Origin: Blastocatellia bacterium
Lineage (GTDB): Bacteria; Acidobacteriota; Blastocatellia; RBC074
Reading direction: 5' to 3'
DNA length: 64,000 nucleotides
Assembly (NCBI GenBank): GCA_046331565.1
Contig: JAXLQP010000002.1
Location: forward strand, 648,107-712,106
Below the pieces are notes generated by a model. The model saw nothing but the letters and a program-made list of their open reading frames with translations. It was not told the origin of the DNA and made no database searches. Positions 57,275 through 64,000 of this stretch are shown here, piece after piece (the stretch's first letter is position 1; each line of letters starts with the position of its first letter). Both the position numbers and the translations under genes were made by a program.

Positions 57275-58606
57275 TCAGGCTGATGATCCGGCGGCGCGGT
57301 CTGTTTCGGCAAAGCGCGCCAGCACTTCGGCGGCGGTGTAAGACATGCTGAAGGCGAAGTGAATGTCGAGCCGTTCGCGCAACGACTGCGCCAGCAACTG
57401 ATCGTAAATGCGCAGCACGACCCTGAGCTGCGGATTGACGAGCCGCGCATTCAGGCCCGCTTCAAGATTGGTCAGGTCGTCATTCGTTACGCTGAGCAGC
57501 GCCCTCGCTGAAGCGAGTCCGGCGTCGCGCAGAGTGCGTTCAATACGGGCGTCACCGATGATCGTCGGAATCCGTTTTGCGTAAATCGCAGGCAGGTAAC
57601 GGCCACCTTCCTGGCTGTCAATCACGACCACCGATTCACCACGCCTGAGCAGTTCTTCAACGACGCGCAGCCCGACCGAGCCGATGCCTGCAACGATGAT
57701 GTGGCCTGACTGACGGACGCGGCGACGACCGAATGACAGCACCAGCCGCTTTCTGAGCAGCGAATCAGTAATCAGCGCAAAGATGACCGCCGTGTTGGTC
57801 ACGCTGGCAATCATCACCAGAATGCCAACGAGTTTTGAGAGCGTCGCTGCTTCGCGCAGACTGATGTCACCAAAGCCGACCGTCGCCATCATCGTCACGA
57901 CAAAATAGGCCGCATCAACCCACTTCAGATGCTCAGCGAAATGAAAGTAACACGTCGCCAGCGCAGCCAAAGCTCCAATCAGACAGACGGCGCGCACAAT
58001 CAGCGGATCAGGCTGCCACCGTGCAACCGATTCTGTTTCAGGTTCAGGCGTTACGACCCTGGTCTGAACTGTTGAGGCCGGAGCCGGAGCGTAAATGGCT
58101 TCGACAAATTTTTCAGCCGCCAGTTCCGGCGGGTTGATGAATGAAAAGTTGTCGAGGTGCCGCGCCAGCTTTTTGCCCAGGCGGCTTTGCGTCAGCGTGC
58201 TGACGACCGGCACCGTGTCGCTCACGCTGCGCACGGCCAGCGCGATTCTGATGTTGAGCTTGTCTTCATCAGTGACCACGTACACCAGCCGCGCCTCGCT
58301 AATCTCATCAGGCACGGCAAAATCGCTGCTCGCGTAATCCCATCCGTTCCCGGCTTCGGGCGCTTTGTCAGCGCGATCAATCAACAGCACGCGGCGTGAC
58401 TGCGCGGCCAGCCGTTCGGCCAGCCGGATGCCGGTGTGCGAAGCGCCAAAGATAATGATTTCAGGTGCAGGTTTCATAGCTTGCAGGACTGCGCGTAAAT
58501 ATAATCGTTTCCGCTCAGGCTTGTAACCACATAAATGATGGACATAAAACGTGAGCGGAGAATCCACCACCAAAGGCACAAAATGCTCAACGAGAGCAGA
58601 CCACAT
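57275..58606 (-). CDS. Potassium channel protein with RCK (TrkA-N) domains.
   Basis: The selectivity filter is TVGFGD. NAD-binding-like RCK folds lie on both sides (IIIFGASHTGIRLAERL; IIVAGIGSVGLRVVEEL). Confidence 0.8.
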   Translation of the reverse strand: MWSALVEHFVPLVVDSPLTFYVHHLCGYKPERKRLYLRAVLQAMKPAPEIIIFGASHTGIRLAERLAAQSRRVLLIDRADKAPEAGNGWDYASSDFAVPDEISEARLVYVVTDEDKLNIRIALAVRSVSDTVPVVSTLTQSRLGKKLARHLDNFSFINPPELAAEKFVEAIYAPAPASTVQTRVVTPEPETESVARWQPDPLIVRAVCLIGALAALATCYFHFAEHLKWVDAAYFVVTMMATVGFGDISLREAATLSKLVGILVMIASVTNTAVIFALITDSLLRKRLVLSFGRRRVRQSGHIIVAGIGSVGLRVVEELLRRGESVVVIDSQEGGRYLPAIYAKRIPTIIGDARIERTLRDAGLASARALLSVTNDDLTNLEAGLNARLVNPQLRVVLRIYDQLLAQSLRERLDIHFAFSMSYTAAEVLARFAETDRAAGSSA

Positions 58607-58677
58607 AATGCTTCATCTCTCTTTTGTGCCTGCTGCGCTTTTTGTGGTGCATTACTGATCCTGAATTGAGGCCGCAG

Positions 58678-59316
58678 ATGGAAACACGCGAACGGCTCAG
58701 AAACGAACAGGTCGCGCAGGTCGTGGCCGAAGTCACAAGGTTGCAGCAGCAGCGCGCTGATTTCGAGGCTGACTCGCTCAGCCGCGCTCAGGTCGAAGAG
58801 ATTTTGCAGGAACTCAATCTGCCGACCGACCTGATTGACGATGCGCTCTCGCAGTTGCAGCGGAAGGAATCGCTGGCCAGAGAGCAGCGCCGCAAAAAAC
58901 TGATGATCGCCGGTGGCGCGCTGGCTGTGCTGCTGCTGATTGCCGTGTTCTTCTGGTGGAACGCGCAGCGCAATGCCAACTTTAACCGCATCAGTGCTGA
59001 CACCGGGCGCATCACGCGCACGGCAGACAGCGGCGGCAATCTGTCAACCATCACGCGCAATGGCGAAGATGTGATTTACCACGTCACGCTGCGCGATGCG
59101 CCGACGGGCGAAAGGCTTTCGCTGAGCTGCAACTGGATTGCTCCGAGCGGGCAGGTCTTCAAACAGAATCAGTGGCAGACGCGCGAAATTGATAAAGCAA
59201 TCTGGCCGACTTCGTGCAAATGCCAGATCGGCGCGGCAGCGGAAAAAGGAACGTGGAAGGTTGAAATGAAACTCGGTGATCGCGTGCTGAGTTCCACCGC
59301 CTTTCAGGTCGAATGA
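58678..59316 (+). CDS. Hypothetical single-pass membrane protein.
   Basis: From the internal Met it reads METRERL.... It has a coiled N-terminus, a TM segment (LMIAGGALAVLLLIAVFFWW) and a C-terminal domain of about 100 aa. Confidence 0.4.
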   Translation: METRERLRNEQVAQVVAEVTRLQQQRADFEADSLSRAQVEEILQELNLPTDLIDDALSQLQRKESLAREQRRKKLMIAGGALAVLLLIAVFFWWNAQRNANFNRISADTGRITRTADSGGNLSTITRNGEDVIYHVTLRDAPTGERLSLSCNWIAPSGQVFKQNQWQTREIDKAIWPTSCKCQIGAAAEKGTWKVEMKLGDRVLSSTAFQVE

Positions 59317-59317
59317 A

Positions 59318-61063
59318 ATGAGCGCAATCATCGGTTACTGGCACAACGGCCCGCCCGCTGACAATCAGCCATTGCTGATGAAATGCCTCGCCGCTTCAGG
59401 CCAGACCTTTCATCAATTCAATCTCTCGACGAATGACATGCAAAACCGGCGCTTCGCTGCGGCGCTGGCGTGTGCGGGTGATGGTGTCTGCATTAACCAG
59501 ACCGATCAGACGCTGACCGCTGCGCTTTCGGCTGCGGGTTTGCCGGGCGCAGACGGCGTGCTGATCGAAGCCGGAACGACGGGCCTGCATTTGCGGCGCG
59601 ATCCGTTCGGATGCGTGCCGCTGTTTGTGATGCGGCGTGATGATGTGATCTGGTTTGCGACGCGATTGCAACTGCTGCTGCCGCTGTTTGAGGCGGCGCG
59701 TGTTTCGTCCGAAGCCCTGTATGCTTACGCCTGTTTTTCGTGGGTTCCGTCGCCGCTTGCAGCAGTTGAAGGCATCTTCACCGTGCCTGCCGGAAGCGAA
59801 ATCAGACTGACCAGTTCACAGTCGCTCGCTGCCGCGCGCAGATGGCATGAATGGCAACTGACTGAAACTGAAATCAGTGATGAATCCGCAGCCATCGCAC
59901 AGTTGCGCCATTTGCTACAGCAGGCGATTGAAGTGCAAACGGCTGACCTTTTATCAGAGCCGGTTGGAGTGTTTCTGTCGGGCGGGCTTGATTCATCAGT
60001 CGTGGCGGCGCTGCTTCGGCGCGCAGGCATGAAGGTGCGGGCCTTTGCGCTCGACTTTGGCGATTATGGTCTGAGCGAACTGCCCTTTGCTGAAAGCGTC
60101 GCACAGCACCTGCAAATCCCGCTCGTCAAAGTTGACGCCACACCGCGCCGCATTCGTCGCGCTCTGACGGCAACGGCGCAGGCGCTTGACCAGCCTTTCG
60201 GTGACGGCGTGACCGTGCCGCTGTTTCTGCTCAGCGAAGCCGCGAGCCGCGAGGTCAGAGTTGTTTTCAACGGCGAAGGCGGCGATCAGTTGTTTGCCGG
60301 ATGGACGAACAAGCCGATCATCGCGGCGGGCGTTTACGAACAGACGCATCCTGCCGGAGACGATTTCACGCAGGCGTATCTGAGAACCTTTCATCGTCTG
60401 CACGGAGTTGAAGCCTCGGTTTTCACCGCGCAGTTTCAGGCCGCAGCGGCGCAGCACGACCCGCTGAAATGGCTCGGTGAGGCGCTCGCTGATTCAACAT
60501 CAATGCCGCTGCTGCATCGCCTGCGCCGCGCAAATCTGATGCTCAAGGGAGCGCAGAACATCGAACCACGCGCGACGAATCTGGCCTTTGCGCACGGGCT
60601 GAAGGTGCGCACGCCGTTCTGCTGGCTGCCGCTTGCCGAGTGGACATTCAGCCTGGACGGTGAACTGTGTTTGCGCGGGCCGTGCGAAAAATATCTGCTC
60701 AAACGTGCTGTTGAGGAATGGCTGCCGCCTGAAGTTGTGTGGCGCGAAAAGCGCGGAATGGGCGCGCCGCTCACGTCGTGGTGCAGCGGCCCGCTGTGGC
60801 GCGAACTGGGCCGCTGGCTCAGCCCTGCGGCGCTGCACGCTGAAGGCGTCTGGCAGACTGATCTGGCATTGCGCGTCGCTTCAGGCCGATTCGGCGCACA
60901 GTTTCAGGGACGCCGCATCGGTGAAATTCTGTGGCTGCTGCTCGCGTGGCAGGTCTGGCGGCGCACAGTGCTGCGCGCTGAGACAGCAGAAATCAGACCA
61001 TCACTTTATAATCCGTTCTGGCTGCCGCCGCGCTGGTGGCAGTGGCGATACAATCCGGTCTGA
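59318..61063 (+). CDS. Asparagine synthetase (AsnB)-family amidotransferase homolog with Ser in place of the N-terminal catalytic Cys.
   Basis: The PP-loop is SGGLDSSVVAALL. The C-terminus ILWLLLAWQVWRR is typical of AsnB-like proteins. The N-terminus reads MSAIIGY rather than MCGI. Confidence 0.75.
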   Translation: MSAIIGYWHNGPPADNQPLLMKCLAASGQTFHQFNLSTNDMQNRRFAAALACAGDGVCINQTDQTLTAALSAAGLPGADGVLIEAGTTGLHLRRDPFGCVPLFVMRRDDVIWFATRLQLLLPLFEAARVSSEALYAYACFSWVPSPLAAVEGIFTVPAGSEIRLTSSQSLAAARRWHEWQLTETEISDESAAIAQLRHLLQQAIEVQTADLLSEPVGVFLSGGLDSSVVAALLRRAGMKVRAFALDFGDYGLSELPFAESVAQHLQIPLVKVDATPRRIRRALTATAQALDQPFGDGVTVPLFLLSEAASREVRVVFNGEGGDQLFAGWTNKPIIAAGVYEQTHPAGDDFTQAYLRTFHRLHGVEASVFTAQFQAAAAQHDPLKWLGEALADSTSMPLLHRLRRANLMLKGAQNIEPRATNLAFAHGLKVRTPFCWLPLAEWTFSLDGELCLRGPCEKYLLKRAVEEWLPPEVVWREKRGMGAPLTSWCSGPLWRELGRWLSPAALHAEGVWQTDLALRVASGRFGAQFQGRRIGEILWLLLAWQVWRRTVLRAETAEIRPSLYNPFWLPPRWWQWRYNPV

Positions 61064-61086
61064 ACTGACTGCTCAGTCAGAATGTT

Positions 61087-61172
61087 TTGCACCGCAAAGA
61101 CACAAAGAACACAAAGAAGAGATTCTGATTGTTCGTTCAGCTTTGCGCTCTTTGTCTCTTCGCGTTGAAGCT
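61087..61172. repeat. Member of the 'caaagagacaaag' palindrome family. Its right half is nearly identical to that of the element at 7213-7297.
   Basis: cgttcagctttgcgctctttgtctcttcgcgttgaagctgtc aligns with cgttcagctttgtgtgctttgtctctttgcgttgaagctgtc at 7255-7297. Confidence 0.55.
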
Positions 61173-61213
61173 GTCTTTTCTTTCTGAATCATTTCACTAA
61201 CCTGCAATCCACG

Positions 61214-62392
61214 ATGATTTCAACTGAGCTTGCAGCGCAACTGATCGCAGAGTACGGCTCGCCGCTCTATGTTTACGAGGCTGACCGTTTGCGCCGGACG
61301 ATTGCGCAAATCACCGGTGCCGTGCCTTATCAGCGCACGCGATTTTTCTTTGCGAGTGTTGTGAATGGCAATGTGGCGCTGCTGCGCATTTTTCGTGAAT
61401 GCGGCTGGGGGCTGCACGCCAGCACGCCGGGCGATGTGTTTCTGGGCCTGCACGCGGGCTTTGCGCCGGAGCAGATCGTTTACAGCGGCAGCAACCTGGG
61501 TCGCGCTGAGATGGCTGAAATGCTTGAGCGCCGCATCGGCACGCTCAATCTCGACAGCCTGTCGCAGCTTGAACTGTTGTGCGCGGTCAGGTCTGCGCAC
61601 CAGCTTTCAGATTTTTCGCCGCGCCTGGGCTTCCGGCTCAACCTGCCCGAAATCACCGGCGAAAGTCGCATCGGCGTGAGCGTTGCTGAATTGCGCGAGG
61701 CCGTAAAAATTGCCGCCCGCGCCGGACTGAAGGTGAGCGGCCTTCATTTTTATCGCGGCACCGGCACGAACGCGACTGAAGCCTTCACTGAATCAATCGC
61801 CGCTGTGCTTGCGGTCGGCGCGAATCTGCCCGACTGGCAGTATCTCGATTTTGGCGGCGGCTTCGGTTATCCGTACCGCGCCGATGAAGCGGGCTTTGAC
61901 TGGCCGCAGTTCGGCGCTGAACTTTCACGGCAACTGAGTGAACTCAATCGCCCGGTTGAACTTTTTATCGAACCCGGACGCGCTGCCATTGCCGGTTGCG
62001 GCACCCTGCTGGCAACAGTCGTGTCGGTCAAATGGCAGGGCGAAAAACAGATCATCGGCGTTGATTCATCAATCGCCAACATCGCCGTCATCAGCGTGCA
62101 CGGCGGCTATCGTGAAATCAGCGCAGTGAAAAATCACGACGATCAGTCGCACCTGACGGATGTCTGCGGCAACACAACCTATTCGCGTGATTACCTGGGG
62201 CGCGGCTGCCGGATGCCTGCCATGCAGCCGGGCGATGTGATTGCGATTTTTGACGTGGGAGCTTATGGCTATGCGATGTCATCACACTTCCTGCACCGGC
62301 CACGCCCGGCTGAAGTGCTGATTGAACAGGGCCGACACAGACTGATTCGCAGGCGTGAAGATTATGCGGTGCTGCTTGAGCATCAGGTGTAA
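61214..62392 (+). CDS. PLP-dependent Orn/DAP/Arg decarboxylase-family enzyme (diaminopimelate-decarboxylase-like).
   Basis: The N-terminus reads YGSPLYVYEADRLRRT. A C-terminal beta-sandwich domain is present. Confidence 0.75.
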   Translation: MISTELAAQLIAEYGSPLYVYEADRLRRTIAQITGAVPYQRTRFFFASVVNGNVALLRIFRECGWGLHASTPGDVFLGLHAGFAPEQIVYSGSNLGRAEMAEMLERRIGTLNLDSLSQLELLCAVRSAHQLSDFSPRLGFRLNLPEITGESRIGVSVAELREAVKIAARAGLKVSGLHFYRGTGTNATEAFTESIAAVLAVGANLPDWQYLDFGGGFGYPYRADEAGFDWPQFGAELSRQLSELNRPVELFIEPGRAAIAGCGTLLATVVSVKWQGEKQIIGVDSSIANIAVISVHGGYREISAVKNHDDQSHLTDVCGNTTYSRDYLGRGCRMPAMQPGDVIAIFDVGAYGYAMSSHFLHRPRPAEVLIEQGRHRLIRRREDYAVLLEHQV

Positions 62393-62461
62393 CCCGGCAG
62401 CGACAAGGCCGTTTTCATCAACCGCATCACTCATTGAAATTATGATCGTGAAAAGACGGTG

Positions 62462-62533
62462 TCTGGAGTTCCAGCTTTAGCTGGTCTGAATAAAAACAAC
62501 CAGCTAAAGCTGGAACTCCAAACACCGTCACTC
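62462..62533. repeat. A 72-bp palindrome built from two copies of the terminal inverted repeat of the 19435-19690 element, with no cargo (a 'solo' MITE- or REP-like element).
   Basis: acggtgtctggagttccagctttagctgg ... ccagctaaagctggaactccaaacaccgt has one mismatch between arms. Confidence 0.5.
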
Positions 62534-62596
62534 AATGACAGCAGGATTGCTGACTGGCCTGATTATGAGAACGCTGATTCAGGCGGAGGGCGCAGC

Positions 62597-63721
62597 GTGA
62601 AGTGCATCAAATGCGGGACGGACAACAAGCTGAAGGAGCGGACTGAACACCGGGGACGCTGCAAACAGTGCGGACACGCCTTTGTTTTTGATCCGAAGGC
62701 CACGCCCGGCATCACGCATACCGATCAGTTCTTTGCTCACGTAATTGCGGCGGCGACGGCGCAGGATACGTTGTTCATTACGCCGCGCCAGCTCTGGTAC
62801 TTCTTCTGCGCGCGGAAGGCCCGCAACCGGGCCGGATTTATTGCCCTCGGTGTCGTGCTGCTCATAGCCGCATTTGTCCTGCTGGTGTTGTCTGCGGTGG
62901 TTTCAGGGGTTTTCCTGCTGCTGGCGCTGCTGGCCTTTGCTGCCGGAGTGGCAATGTTTCTGCCGCCCGTGCAGAAGCGGCTGAAACCGAAAGGGCCGAA
63001 AGAGCCTGCCGTCAGCTTCGAGCAGTTCAGCGAATGGCTGGCGCGCTGGCAAAAGATCAACGGCCCGATTGCAAAGCTGCTGCCGCCGCCCGCTGCGGCC
63101 AATGCTCCGGCGCAGGTCAGCAGCGAAATTACGGCTTACAGCTTTGATCGCGTTGTCGTCTGCCAGCACGCAGCCATCGCGCAGTTCCTGATCGCCAGCA
63201 ACTTTCATTTTGAGCATAACTGCGCGGTGCTGAGTCTGAATCATTATCCGCAGAATATTTTTGACACGGTGATGCAGATGCTGCGGCGCAACCCTGAACT
63301 GAAGGTTTATGTGCTGCACGATGCCAGCCTGAACGGCATTCAGATGACGCACCGGCTGATGAGCGATGAGCGATGGTTTGCCGGGCAGAGCGGCGTGACG
63401 GTTTATGACCTCGGCCTGATGCCGCGCCAGTTGTTCGGTCGCCTGGTCTTTACAAGTCATGAACGCAGCGGTCAGGTGCAATCACTCAGCGCGCTGCCCG
63501 CGCCGGTGCAGCAGGGGTTGCAGCCTGAAGAAATAAAGTGGCTGGAAGCAGGCCAGAGCGTCGAACTCGAATCAATCAGCCCGCAGCGATTATTGCAGGT
63601 CATCACGCTCGGCATCGCCCGCAGCCGCGACCCGCGCGCACAGGATACGCTCGTGCCCGTCGGCACCGGCTATTACGACAGCGGCGGCGTGTACGTCTAT
63701 TCATCAGACAGCTTCGGCTGA
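62597..63721 (+). CDS. Hypothetical protein with an N-terminal zinc ribbon, two TM helices and a C-terminal domain.
   Basis: The zinc ribbon is CIKCGTDNK...CKQCGH. The TM region is ALGVVLLIAAFVLLVLSAVVSGVFLLLALLAFAAGVAMFL. The start is a GTG chosen to avoid the upstream palindrome; the track start at 62459 lies inside that palindrome. Confidence 0.4.
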   Translation: MKCIKCGTDNKLKERTEHRGRCKQCGHAFVFDPKATPGITHTDQFFAHVIAAATAQDTLFITPRQLWYFFCARKARNRAGFIALGVVLLIAAFVLLVLSAVVSGVFLLLALLAFAAGVAMFLPPVQKRLKPKGPKEPAVSFEQFSEWLARWQKINGPIAKLLPPPAAANAPAQVSSEITAYSFDRVVVCQHAAIAQFLIASNFHFEHNCAVLSLNHYPQNIFDTVMQMLRRNPELKVYVLHDASLNGIQMTHRLMSDERWFAGQSGVTVYDLGLMPRQLFGRLVFTSHERSGQVQSLSALPAPVQQGLQPEEIKWLEAGQSVELESISPQRLLQVITLGIARSRDPRAQDTLVPVGTGYYDSGGVYVYSSDSFG

Positions 63722-63744
63722 ATTGACGCATCTCTCACACAGCA

Positions 63745-63845
63745 TTTCCACACCCATACTCTTCTTCCTCTGCGCGCTCTGCGCCTCTGCGAGAAACTTA
63801 TTCTCACGCAGAGGCGCAGAGGCACAGAGAAGAAGAATCCTTTTC
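63745..63845. terminator. Imperfect long palindrome between convergent genes (cttcttcctctgcgcgctctgcgcctctgcg ... cgcagaggcgcagaggcacagagaagaag).
   Basis: The inverted repeat is visible. Its position fits a bidirectional terminator. Confidence 0.5.
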
Positions 63846-63867
63846 CGAGTGTTTCGATTTATCTGCG

Positions 63868-64000
63868 CCGCTGTGCCTGCAGCCACAGTTCAAGGCTGAC
63901 GAGCAGCCACAGCTTCACGCCGTAGCGGCCCCACGTATCGCCGCGATAATCGAGCCAGTCGCGGATCAGTTCCTGATTGAGCAGTTCTCTGATTTGCGCT
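63868..64000 (-). CDS. C-terminal end of a second AsnB-family protein. The gene continues beyond the window.
   Basis: The reverse-strand reading QIRELLNQELIRDWLDYRGDTWGRYGVKLWLLVSLELWLQAQRRR* shows the LW(L)LxSLELWL tail typical of asparagine synthetase homologs. Confidence 0.4.

Overview
This is a high-GC (about 60-62%) bacterial chromosomal segment with dense, mostly housekeeping coding. The gene content (a two-domain ECF sigma factor paired with a Ser/Thr kinase carrying TPR repeats, many TPR and VWA proteins) suggests an Acidobacteria-like organism, but I cannot confirm that from sequence alone. Recognisable housekeeping genes are aspS, hisS, mutL, a RecD2-like helicase, nadA, sthA, pta, hom, a dusB-like gene, and beta- and gamma-class carbonic anhydrases. 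I found no rRNA, tRNA or CRISPR array.

The stretches that stand out are:
- a tandem duplication of secreted S8 subtilase genes (about 1-5700), with hexapeptide-repeat C-termini, a GNAT-like gene between them and a divergent MmyB-type regulator;
- a low-GC island (about 21.85-23.78 kb) sitting at the 3' end of dusB, flanked by a degenerate direct repeat of that 3' end, and carrying a Schlafen/AlbA_2-like gene and a decayed AbiEii-like nucleotidyltransferase gene;
- a CysO-dependent cysteine synthesis cluster (cysM, a JAMM protease mec, and a CysO-like domain fused in one ORF to MoeZ E1 plus rhodanese);
- an ECF sigma / Ser-Thr kinase pair followed by two small paralogous proteins of unknown family;
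- a small ORF interrupted by an in-frame TGA that has a hairpin immediately downstream;
- an AsnB-like cluster (Cys2 replaced by Ser) with an Orn/DAP-decarboxylase-like gene and a zinc-ribbon membrane protein;
- a family of long perfect palindromes and MITE-like elements with terminal inverted repeats scattered through the intergenic regions.

Many plus-strand ORFs in the six-frame track are antisense shadows of minus-strand genes and are listed as rejected.
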